64,000 bases of DNA from a virus (lineage: Duplodnaviria; Caudoviricetes): the IMG/VR virus record IMGVR_UViG_3300025784_000006, positions 96,001-160,000 of that record, one strand, 5' to 3'. The first letter of the stretch is position 1. Each line of letters begins with the position of its first letter. This document shows, one piece after another, positions 36,214-44,653 of the stretch. A program made the translations under genes and the position numbers. The notes under the pieces were generated by a model. It made no database searches, was not told the DNA's origin, and saw only the letters and a list, made by a program, of their open reading frames with translations.

Positions 36214-37533
36214 CTAGTGGTGGTTCATCGCGACGCCCGTCTCGCGGTGGATGGCGCCCCACAGTTCTGGCCAGGTTAGGTCCTTCATGCGGTCGCGGTT
36301 CCCCAGGATCCACTGATACACCTTCTGGGTCTCCCGACCCGTGTTGGGACCTCCCTTGAGGTCGTTGATCCCGCTGCGCCAGGAGAACAGGATGCTCGTG
36401 GGGGACACGGTGACCTCACCGCGCTCCTCGTTGAAGTGGGCCTTGAACCGGCTGGACTTGGGGTCCACGTCGACGCCACGAACGACCGTCTCCTCGATGG
36501 GGTCGCGCCAGCCGTACACCTGCGTCCCGTAGGTGTCGTAGAACTTCTTGAACCAGTGGACTGCACCCTCGTAGTGAGCGTGCTCGCTGAGCATGAGCCG
36601 CAGGAACTTCGCGAGCTCCACGTAGGCCGCCTTCGGGAGCGCGCGGTCGGGCAGGAACAAGCGGACCCGTCGGGGGCGCTTGCCGGGCTTCCCTGCGCCC
36701 GCAAGCTCGGTGACCTCGATGTTTCCTCGGTAGGCGTGCCAGCGCAGCTTCTCACCCTCACCGGTCCGCCCCACGACCTCCCGGTCAAACAGGGCCTGGG
36801 CCGCGCGGTCCTCATCCGAAGGCTCTTTGCGGGGTGTCGGGTTCATTCGGGGACCTTCCTCCTCGTCTCGCACGAGGCGCAAGTGGGGGGGACCCGCTGC
36901 GTCCCGGTAGTGACGCGGGTTATCCTCGTCGGTCTCGAACGGAGGGTCCTGAAGGTGGAGAATCGCGCGCAGTACCGTCGTCACCGTACCGTCTGACGAC
37001 GCGGACGACGTGACGCGAGGTTGATCTACACCCTCCACACGCCAGCCCTCTGGTCCCGTCTCTAGGCCGACCGTGTGGTCGTCAAGCGTCTTGTCGAGGT
37101 CGCCGTTGTCGATCTCTTCCTGCCACGCGGTCGGCGAACGCACGTCGTCGGCGAACGCGGCGCCATGCAGTTTGGCGATCTCATCGAGAACGTGGGTGTC
37201 CTTCTCGGACCACTTGACCACAGCAGGGTCAACCTTGGCGCTGCGGCCCGCCTTCTCCAGCACCTCGCGCGCAGGCAGCATGTAGTGGGACTCCACCTGC
37301 ACTTCGTAGGGGAAGTGCCGCCACCCTTCCTTCTCCGTCTTTCGTACCTGGAGGGATGCCTTCACCCACTCAGTGGGGTCCTCACGAGTCTCCAGCACGT
37401 GACGAATCGCTGCGGCCCATTGATGAGCCGCAGCCTTGGGGTCGGCGTGGTCCTTGGCTTGACCCTGAAACCCCTTCTCTAGGGCGTTTTCCAGAGAGTG
37501 AAGGTCGAACGCGATGCGTATGCGGGACACCAT
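36214..37533 (-). CDS. Hypothetical, probably virion-associated protein
   Basis: 439 aa; first gene of the peptidase/large-protein unit. Confidence 0.75.
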   Translation of the reverse strand: MVSRIRIAFDLHSLENALEKGFQGQAKDHADPKAAAHQWAAAIRHVLETREDPTEWVKASLQVRKTEKEGWRHFPYEVQVESHYMLPAREVLEKAGRSAKVDPAVVKWSEKDTHVLDEIAKLHGAAFADDVRSPTAWQEEIDNGDLDKTLDDHTVGLETGPEGWRVEGVDQPRVTSSASSDGTVTTVLRAILHLQDPPFETDEDNPRHYRDAAGPPHLRLVRDEEEGPRMNPTPRKEPSDEDRAAQALFDREVVGRTGEGEKLRWHAYRGNIEVTELAGAGKPGKRPRRVRLFLPDRALPKAAYVELAKFLRLMLSEHAHYEGAVHWFKKFYDTYGTQVYGWRDPIEETVVRGVDVDPKSSRFKAHFNEERGEVTVSPTSILFSWRSGINDLKGGPNTGRETQKVYQWILGNRDRMKDLTWPELWGAIHRETGVAMNHH

Positions 37534-37573
37534 CTGTACGGGGGTGTCTCATACCCACGCTATCGGGGAAGCG

Positions 37574-37777
37574 TCAGGCGGATATGCGTTGAACCTCGTC
37601 ACGGCCAGTCGCCCGCGCGAGCAGGGCACGCAGGGCAATACGTACGCCGTCCTCTACTCCCTGGAGGTAGGTCCGCGCGTTTCGCCCGGTTCCCTTGGCT
37701 GCGTTGACCCCGCAGGCGGCGGCAGCGTCCCGCTGGATGTCCTCGATGATCTTGTCGATGTTGGCTTGGCCGCTCAT
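37574..37777 (-). CDS. Small hypothetical protein
   Basis: 67 aa, ATGA coupled to groEL, GGGTA motif upstream. Confidence 0.6.
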   Translation of the reverse strand: MSGQANIDKIIEDIQRDAAAACGVNAAKGTGRNARTYLQGVEDGVRIALRALLARATGRDEVQRISA

Positions 37778-39270
37778 GCCCCGACCCTACCCCGAGAAGG
37801 CCGCGCTTGGATGGCATGTTCGCATTCGATCCCCGACGCGGCTGCCGCGACCCCGTTCTGAATCGCCTCCGTAACAGAGGCCACACTGTCGAGGACTTCC
37901 TCTCCCGTCCAGGAAGCGCCAACCTCCGTCATGCGCTGCTGGGCTTGGTCCCAGCTGATCCCCAGAGCGTCCGCGATCGCACGTCCCGGGGCCTCCAGGG
38001 CCGCGTTCACCACAAGGTCCCCGAGGGTCTTTGCGACAGGCCGAGCCGCCAGGAACGCGCACCCAGCACCAAGCGCGTAGCCGTCTCGCAGGGCGGCCTG
38101 GCTCGCCCGTACAGCATCCTCCACGCGCGTGCGCCGCTCCCGGGCCTCGGGCTCCGTCGTACCCCCAGCCTTGAGGACACACAGTGCTCCTGACAAGGAG
38201 GCGAGACGCTCCGCGTGTCGGTCCCGGTCGTACGCGGAGCTCGACGCGTCAAGCTCCGCGCGCACCTCGGCCTGCCTCTGGAACAGCTCCGGGCTGTCCT
38301 CCATGGCTGGGCGCACGAGCGTCCTCTTGGACGTCACCGAGCAGCGCCGAGCCACACCGAACCACTCGGGGTTCCAGTTCGACGCGTGCCGGCCTAGCAG
38401 GGGGTCACACACCTCGGCGGCCGTAGCCGCCGCGACATCCAGAAGCCCTCGCGTCTTCCATTCCCCCACGCCAGGCACCTCGACCGCCACGCACCGAACG
38501 ACAGCCTTCTTGTCGTTCAGCACCAGGGTGGCGAGCGCCCGCCCCTCTACCTGAGGGGCAAAGACCACGACCGTCTGTCCGAGCTCGGCGGCCACCTCCA
38601 GCAGCTTCATCACGTCTCGCTCCGACAGGAGCGGGTGCGCGCACACCGCAACGAGCGGGTCCTCCATCGTGCGCTCTCCGTCCGGAGGGATCATCTCGGG
38701 GGACCGAGATCCCGACCGGAGGAGGACGCCCTCGGTGAAGGTCACCTCGACGTCGCGCCCCATGCCAGCCTCAACGAGGATGGTACCGTTCTCTCCCGCC
38801 GCCTCAAGACCCCTGCGGATTCCCTGGGCGACCAGGTGGTCGCCTCCGCTCGCGCGGAGCGCGATCGTTTCGACCTGGTCGTAGGAGTCCACGCGCCGTG
38901 CGCTAGCGCGCACCCTGTCCACGGCCTCCCTCGCGGCCTCCCGCATCTGACGCCCAACGAGGCTAGGGGAGTGACCCGCTGCGACCAGGCGGAGCGCCGT
39001 GCGCGCGGCGGCGGCGGCGAGCAGGGCGGTCGCCGAGGTTCCGTCCCCTGCGCGCTCGTTGGTGCGCGCGCAGGCCTCGAGCACGAGGTCCGCTCCGAGC
39101 CGTGCTGGACCCTCTGGGCGCACCTCCCGCACGACCGTCAACCCGTCCCGCGTGAAGGTGAGGCCCGCGGCTCGGTCCAGCGCCGCAGGCTTTCCTTGGG
39201 GTCCGTACGTGGTGCGTACAGCGCGCGCGACGATCTCCATTCCCTCTACAAGACTTGTCCGAGTGCTCAT
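37774..39270 (-). CDS. groEL: GroEL-like chaperonin
   Basis: TTYGPQG, TRDGLTV, AGDGTSATA, ERLASLSG, AGGTTEPEARERRTRVEDAV. Confidence 0.92.
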   Translation of the reverse strand: MSTRTSLVEGMEIVARAVRTTYGPQGKPAALDRAAGLTFTRDGLTVVREVRPEGPARLGADLVLEACARTNERAGDGTSATALLAAAAARTALRLVAAGHSPSLVGRQMREAAREAVDRVRASARRVDSYDQVETIALRASGGDHLVAQGIRRGLEAAGENGTILVEAGMGRDVEVTFTEGVLLRSGSRSPEMIPPDGERTMEDPLVAVCAHPLLSERDVMKLLEVAAELGQTVVVFAPQVEGRALATLVLNDKKAVVRCVAVEVPGVGEWKTRGLLDVAAATAAEVCDPLLGRHASNWNPEWFGVARRCSVTSKRTLVRPAMEDSPELFQRQAEVRAELDASSSAYDRDRHAERLASLSGALCVLKAGGTTEPEARERRTRVEDAVRASQAALRDGYALGAGCAFLAARPVAKTLGDLVVNAALEAPGRAIADALGISWDQAQQRMTEVGASWTGEEVLDSVASVTEAIQNGVAAAASGIECEHAIQARPSRGRVGA

Positions 39271-39359
39271 CCTGTTGGCAGGATACCCGCGGCCGGCGTC
39301 CAGCTCCGACTCCCTCTATCACCAGAGATGTAGTAGGACGTGCGGGAGAGGCCGCCCCC

Positions 39360-39944
39360 TTGCTCCAAAGCTCTTACTACTACATCAAGACCGAGTCTGG
39401 TGCCGTTCACGCGGCTGCCGCCTGCCGTCTTGGCGACACGGACGGATACCTCGTCGTGTCTCCTGACCAACGGGTTGCGCAGTTCACACGGTCCGTCGCC
39501 CACATGCGCAGCGACACTCCAACCCTTGCGCTCCTGCTGTACTGGAAGGCGGTGCAGACTTTTGGTCGGAACCTCCCGGTCGTGCGCGAGGCCCGTATGC
39601 CGTGCACCGCATGTGGAACGTGGGCCCCTACGGGTGTGTTCGACCCCACGCAACTGTGCCCCGCGTGCAAGGTACGTCGCACTGTCACCTGCACGTCGTG
39701 TGGGACCGAGGTGAGGGCCGAGGCGTGTTTGGAGGACCGTTGCCTGTCCTGCTGGACTGTCACCTCGTTGCTGCGCAGGTTCGGGGAGGCCCCAAACGCG
39801 CCGCGCGGGAGCTTCGACGAGACGGGTCGGATAGAGGAGGTAGGCAAGCGGACGCCCGCCCCTCGTCGACGACGCGTCGTGATGATGACGTCGGCGATCG
39901 ACCCTGAGTCCTCCGACTCAGAGTCAGAATCCTCCGACGACTAG
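39360..39944 (+). CDS. Zn-ribbon protein (start uncertain)
   Basis: CTACG, CPAC, CTSCG, CLSC; TTG start after GGAG. Confidence 0.6.
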   Translation: MLQSSYYYIKTESGAVHAAAACRLGDTDGYLVVSPDQRVAQFTRSVAHMRSDTPTLALLLYWKAVQTFGRNLPVVREARMPCTACGTWAPTGVFDPTQLCPACKVRRTVTCTSCGTEVRAEACLEDRCLSCWTVTSLLRRFGEAPNAPRGSFDETGRIEEVGKRTPAPRRRRVVMMTSAIDPESSDSESESSDD

Positions 39945-41659
39945 GGTGCGGTGCGAAGCTGAACTACGCGGTCGCCCTGCACGCTTGCGACGCGACCCCC
40001 CAGGTTGAGCAGCGGTCCCTGTACGCCAGGGGGGAGGTCCCAGGCAGCTTCCTGCGAGGCCCCCACACGCGAGGACATGAGGCGCACGCCGTCATCCGTT
40101 CGGACCGCTACCGCTCCGCTCGCACCGACCACAAGGTCGGCCTCGCTGCCCGCGTCGGAGATGACGCGAACGTCATAGAGGCTCGGCTGGTCTGGATTGA
40201 CGCGCACCAGGATGAGGTCGCGCTGGCCCGTCTTCTTGCGCACCACCCCCAGCACCGCGACGTGCTTGTCCGCGCGCACCGACACGACGCGGGAGTCGTC
40301 GAGGTCGGGCAGGGGGATCTCAATACACTTCTGCGCGTCAGGCAGAAGGAGAAGAACAACGCGACCGAGCCCCCGAATGACCGCGGCCCCATCCCCCAGC
40401 AGGGTCGCGCGCGGCAGGCAGTTCGCCACCCGGTCCAGACCCACGATGGGAGGTCCGCCGACCTTCTCGATCCAGCTCAGGCGGTGGATCCCACCGCCTA
40501 CGCGGACGAGGATGTTGGGACCCGCCTCGGCCAGGTCGTCGGCTTTGATGTCCGTGACCGCGCCAGCTCCCGACTGGGCGTCGAACACCACGAGTCGGTC
40601 CTCCGATCCACCAGGGGTGATCGTGCGCTCGACCCACGCGAGCAGGGGCGCGCCCGACCTCGGGTGCACCGCGAGGCGCGCGGAAGACGGGATGCCCTTG
40701 ACGAGGCGGCCCTCGTACCACAGGCCCTCCATGGTGAGGACCACGAGCTTGGTCCCTACCATCCAGGCGCGCAGCACCTGGCCGCTCGCGACCTTCCCGA
40801 GCTCGACCGCGACGAGCACACGCCCCTGCGCCGCGTAGGCGGCGACCTGGACGGGCATCGCGGCGATCGGCGTCGATCCGGGGGCGGCGCGCAGCTTGTG
40901 GGACAGCGTGAGCCGCATCCAGTCGCGGTACCGCTGGGGGATCACGTCGAGCGGGAAGGCGCTGGCCGGCAGCCGTGCGCCGACGTCGAACGCCGACTGG
41001 CCCTTGTCCTTGCGGTCGAGCTCCCGACCGCCCTGTGGGTGGTGACCCCGGTAGGGTCCGCTCCCCGTGAAGGCGCGGAAGGCGAGCACCGCGAACGCGA
41101 ACCAGTCGCTCTCCGGCTTGTAGCGGCCGGGCGGGGCAACGGGGTCGCGGACGATGTCCATGATGGCCGTCACGTTGAAGGAGGGGGTCTGGGCGCTGTC
41201 GAGGTCGATGAGCACTACCTCGCGGTGCGACGACCGAACGAGCACGTTGAGGTCGTTGAAGTCTACGACCACGACGCCAGCCTCGTGGACCTTGTGGAGG
41301 ATCTCCTCCATGTCGCCGACGATGGCCTCCATGTGGGCACCGATCATACCGTGGCGATCTCGGTAGGCTCGCGTCGAGACCTCGCAGAGCGTCTTGCAGT
41401 TGGAGGCGAACGCCGTGCGATACCCCACCACAACCCCCTTGGAGTTGGTGATGGGACGCTCCGGCTTGTTGACGTGGGTGTGCGAGATCCGGCTGAGCTC
41501 CACGATCTTGGCGACCGGCAGCGCGCGAGCCACATCGTGATAGATCTTGTACGCGACGGGGCCCACCGCGTACACCGCACCCTCACCGCCCGCTCCGATG
41601 AGCTCCTGGTCGGTGAGGCGAACGAGGGTACCGTCGTCGTACACGCGGTGGGTCGTCAC
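39941..41659 (-). CDS. YegI-like Ser/Thr protein kinase with C-terminal beta-rich domain
   Basis: GAGGEGAVY, AYKIY, VVDFNDLNVLV, LIDLDS, SDWFAFAV; GTG overlaps the PP2C stop. Confidence 0.9.
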   Translation of the reverse strand: MTTHRVYDDGTLVRLTDQELIGAGGEGAVYAVGPVAYKIYHDVARALPVAKIVELSRISHTHVNKPERPITNSKGVVVGYRTAFASNCKTLCEVSTRAYRDRHGMIGAHMEAIVGDMEEILHKVHEAGVVVVDFNDLNVLVRSSHREVVLIDLDSAQTPSFNVTAIMDIVRDPVAPPGRYKPESDWFAFAVLAFRAFTGSGPYRGHHPQGGRELDRKDKGQSAFDVGARLPASAFPLDVIPQRYRDWMRLTLSHKLRAAPGSTPIAAMPVQVAAYAAQGRVLVAVELGKVASGQVLRAWMVGTKLVVLTMEGLWYEGRLVKGIPSSARLAVHPRSGAPLLAWVERTITPGGSEDRLVVFDAQSGAGAVTDIKADDLAEAGPNILVRVGGGIHRLSWIEKVGGPPIVGLDRVANCLPRATLLGDGAAVIRGLGRVVLLLLPDAQKCIEIPLPDLDDSRVVSVRADKHVAVLGVVRKKTGQRDLILVRVNPDQPSLYDVRVISDAGSEADLVVGASGAVAVRTDDGVRLMSSRVGASQEAAWDLPPGVQGPLLNLGGRVASVQGDRVVQLRTAP

Positions 41660-42618
41660 TAGGGTGCTCCGATGTAGATGGCCGCGCCAGACAGGTCGTC
41701 CGCGTGCGCCCAGTTCTTGCAAGCCTGGAAGGCCCTTCGATGAAGGAATCGTCCCTGCGGGCGGACGATCCGAGACAGGTCGTACAGTAGCGGCCCCACG
41801 CCCTCCGGAGGTCGGTCGTGGAAGCTGGACCACTCGGGGTGCAGGGGGCTGGGCCGCCATGACCCGGTACCACATCCGTCTGACCACGCCGCGACGAGGT
41901 CGAACCCTTCAGCCCGGATCGCCACGGTCGGTCGTGGCCATGGGAACTCCTGCACGGGACTTTGTAGGACCCGTAGAACGCAGGTGTCGTCGACCTTCAT
42001 CTGGTCCGCAAGGGTGGGGTCGAGGTCATCGACCGCTACGACTCGGCCGTTCTCGTCCATGTAGGTGAGGCGCACCCTCGATGGAACGTGGTCCGTCCTG
42101 TCGAGGTAGTGGGCGATGTGGATGGGGTCGTAGGTGGGGTAGGCCGGCATGCTCCCCGTCTCGGTCGAGGGGGGGACGACCTCGACGACGATGAGTCGCC
42201 CATCTACCGTGCGGAGCGAGATTGCTCCGTCTCCGAAGATCGCCCCGCGCACCTCCCGCGGGGCCTCCGCGTGGTGCTCGATGAGCACCGTGGTCGCGGT
42301 GACCCCGCAGGCAGGTACCCCGACGTGCAGGCAGGCTGCTCGTGCTACGCTCACCCCGTAGCTCACCTCGATGCTCTTCCGCTCGACCCAACCCTCTAGG
42401 TCGAGCAGCGCGTCTACCTGGGTCCACTGGTTTGCGGTTCCGTGCAGGACGAGCCGCGACCCAATGTCCGTGTGGGGCTCCCCGGAGCAGCCGTCCCCGA
42501 CGATCGCGAGGGTCCGCGTGGCGCTCGCCTCGTCCCGCCTGTGCTGGACCGCCAGGGCGTAGTCCTGGCACACATCGTGGGTGCTGCCGATCCGGTAGAA
42601 GCTGTCGCAGGTGAGCAT
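41659..42618 (-). CDS. PP2C-like protein phosphatase (YegK/TerY-P type)
   Basis: IGSTHDVCQDY, IVGDGCSG, FGDG, AWSDG, HADDLS. Confidence 0.85.
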   Translation of the reverse strand: MLTCDSFYRIGSTHDVCQDYALAVQHRRDEASATRTLAIVGDGCSGEPHTDIGSRLVLHGTANQWTQVDALLDLEGWVERKSIEVSYGVSVARAACLHVGVPACGVTATTVLIEHHAEAPREVRGAIFGDGAISLRTVDGRLIVVEVVPPSTETGSMPAYPTYDPIHIAHYLDRTDHVPSRVRLTYMDENGRVVAVDDLDPTLADQMKVDDTCVLRVLQSPVQEFPWPRPTVAIRAEGFDLVAAWSDGCGTGSWRPSPLHPEWSSFHDRPPEGVGPLLYDLSRIVRPQGRFLHRRAFQACKNWAHADDLSGAAIYIGAP

Positions 42619-42627
42619 GGGGTGGCC

Positions 42628-43461
42628 TTAGATCGACAGCGAGGCGGTGGGGTCGAGGTCCTGCGGGACCGTGATGGTCGCGGCCTGCCGCGAGCCCGCC
42701 TGCCGGCTCTGGCTGGAGGTCGACTGCGAGACGAAGTGCGCGAACTTGGCCAGCCGCTGCGGGGTCGCGTCCGCGAGCTTGACGTACAGCATCCCGGCGT
42801 TGGTCGCGAAGCGCCGCTGACGAGCCTCGGTCTCCGGGTTGGGCCGGAATCCGACGAGGATCGGGATGATGCTGTTGAGCTTCTCGCTCTTCTGGACGCG
42901 ATCGATCTCCGCCTTGACCTTCGCGGACGCCGCGTCGATGCGGTAGTTGAGCTCTTCGTCGTAGCTCAGGCCGGCGGGCGCCGACTCGACCGTCTCCTCC
43001 CCGTCGGTCAGGACGAAGAAGATCCCGTTGCTCTGGTAGTCGCCGTTGCTGAGCAGGTGCTCCGCGTAGGTCTCGATGCTGCGGATCGCGTCGAGGCAGG
43101 CCGCCCCGATCGCGGTGTAGCCGCCCGTCGTGAAGGTCGGACGCAGCGCGTTGGCCGGCGGGACGAAGCCGCGAAGCTCGCGGACCTGCGAGTTGAACTC
43201 GGTCAGGCGGAACAGGATGGCGTCGCGGTTGGGGGCCTTGTCGCACGCGGCTAGGACGTTGGCGAAGCAGTCGGCAAGGTTCTGCTCCTCGCCCGACTGA
43301 GATCCGGACACGTCGATGGCCGCGACCGCCAGGCAGTAGGCGTCCGCGCCGTGCTGTAGCAGCGAGAGGCCCGCGCCGGAGAAGTGGTAGCCCATGCCCG
43401 AGAGGTTGATGGTGTCAGCGGACTCGCCGCCCTGGTTTCCCGTGGGGGTGCTGGTCGTCAT
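42628..43461 (-). CDS. vWA-domain protein (TerY/YegL-like)
   Basis: MIDAS AIDVSGS, GGYTAIG, VLTDGEE; C-terminal FVSQSTSSQS. Confidence 0.85.
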   Translation of the reverse strand: MTTSTPTGNQGGESADTINLSGMGYHFSGAGLSLLQHGADAYCLAVAAIDVSGSQSGEEQNLADCFANVLAACDKAPNRDAILFRLTEFNSQVRELRGFVPPANALRPTFTTGGYTAIGAACLDAIRSIETYAEHLLSNGDYQSNGIFFVLTDGEETVESAPAGLSYDEELNYRIDAASAKVKAEIDRVQKSEKLNSIIPILVGFRPNPETEARQRRFATNAGMLYVKLADATPQRLAKFAHFVSQSTSSQSRQAGSRQAATITVPQDLDPTASLSI

Positions 43462-43485
43462 GATGGTCTGTGCCTTCCTTGGGTG

Positions 43486-43507
43486 GACGGCCCCGCGCGG
43501 GGCCGTC
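43486..43507. repeat. Perfect 22-bp intergenic palindrome/hairpin
   Basis: GACGGCCCCGCGCGGGGCCGTC between the pncA-like and vWA genes. Confidence 0.9.
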
Positions 43508-43512
43508 GCGGA

Positions 43513-44343
43513 TTACAGGGTGACTTCGGTGCTCTTGCAGATCCGCATGCCTCGCGCCTTCATGTCGCGGAGGAAGCTGTCCATGCGTGTCGAGAACAGA
43601 CCCGGTACCGGTACCGGGTCTGTTCTCGACACGCATGGGTCGAGCAGCAGCGTGGTCTTGCGGATGGCCTGCGGGTCGGAGAAGTTGTTGACGAGGTCCG
43701 TCACGGTCTCCAGCACGCAGTGCGTCGTGGCCTCGCCGAACAGGATCACCTGGTCGGCCTCCTCGATGTCGCGCACGAGGTCCGTGTTCATGAGGGTGCT
43801 GGGGTCCTCGGGGTCGGCGACCTCGGAGCGGAAACCACTGAAGTGCTCGACCTTCGGGTTGGAGCCCTTCGAGACGCACCGCGCGATGTTGGTGCGGGCC
43901 TCCTCCCACTCGCCGATCGCCTGCTGGAGGCGCGCTGACAGCGCGTGCCCGTCCGTCCCGATCAAGCAGTGCGGCGGCCAGATGGTGTGGATCTTGCCCG
44001 CCTTCTCCAGCGCTTCCAGGTAGTAGATCGTCCACTTCAGGAACTCGGGACGCGTCGTCGTCCAGATGCCGGTCTTCACGTCGTCCGCACGAATGACCGT
44101 GAAGGGCTTGGGGTGATGCGACCGGGTCGCGCCGTCGACGAGCCACAGCGGGTTGCCGATGTGCAGCCGGTAGTGGCTGTCGAGCGTGGCGGTGATCTTG
44201 GTGATGGCCTGTCGGTTGTGGTCAATGAACAGGGCCGCGCGGTCCACGTCCGCCTCGGCCCCCGGCACGTAGAGGGAGCCGTTCCGGTCGCAGAAGTCCT
44301 TCTGCATGTCGATACAGAACAGGTGAATGAGGGGTTTTCGCAT
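43513..44343 (-). CDS. pncA: Nicotinamidase/isochorismatase-family cysteine hydrolase
   Basis: IDMQKDFC, GSLYVPGA, TLDSH, WPPHCLIGT.GH, SKG, GEATTHCV (D-K-C triad). Confidence 0.85.
   Translation of the reverse strand: MRKPLIHLFCIDMQKDFCDRNGSLYVPGAEADVDRAALFIDHNRQAITKITATLDSHYRLHIGNPLWLVDGATRSHHPKPFTVIRADDVKTGIWTTTRPEFLKWTIYYLEALEKAGKIHTIWPPHCLIGTDGHALSARLQQAIGEWEEARTNIARCVSKGSNPKVEHFSGFRSEVADPEDPSTLMNTDLVRDIEEADQVILFGEATTHCVLETVTDLVNNFSDPQAIRKTTLLLDPCVSRTDPVPVPGLFSTRMDSFLRDMKARGMRICKSTEVTL
43581..43638. repeat. Perfect 58-bp palindrome inside the pncA-like CDS
   Basis: CCATGCGTGTCGAGAACAGACCCGGTACC|GGTACCGGGTCTGTTCTCGACACGCATGG. Confidence 0.95.
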
Positions 44344-44358
44344 GGGGGCTGGGTCTCC

Positions 44359-44529
44359 TTACTCTTCGAGCGAGGTCGTAGTGATCCTGGTGATCACCCG
44401 TCGATGGCGAAGGATAAACAGGGTCGCACGGTCCACGTCTTCCTTGGTTCTCGTCGAGAGAAGGGGACCGTTCGTGTGAACGAAGTCCTCCTGTACGTCG
44501 ATAGGACCTGGGGGGCGGTGTTCTCGCAT
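44359..44529 (-). pseudogene. Truncated 56-aa paralog of the nicotinamidase N-terminus (pseudogene or microprotein)
   Basis: MREHRPPGPIDVQEDFVHTNGPLLSTRTKEDVDRATLFILRHRRVITRITTTSLEE; 22/43 identities to the downstream gene; GAGGAG SD. Confidence 0.75.
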
Positions 44530-44653
44530 GCGCCGTGTCTCCTCTACGTCCTGTGCGCAGGGTCTGCGCGGGCCGGAGCTGATATTTTGTCAACCTGCCC
44601 GCTGGGCCACAGGCGTACAGCTCTCACCTTGGCCTGCTGGCCAGCTTTCCCGC

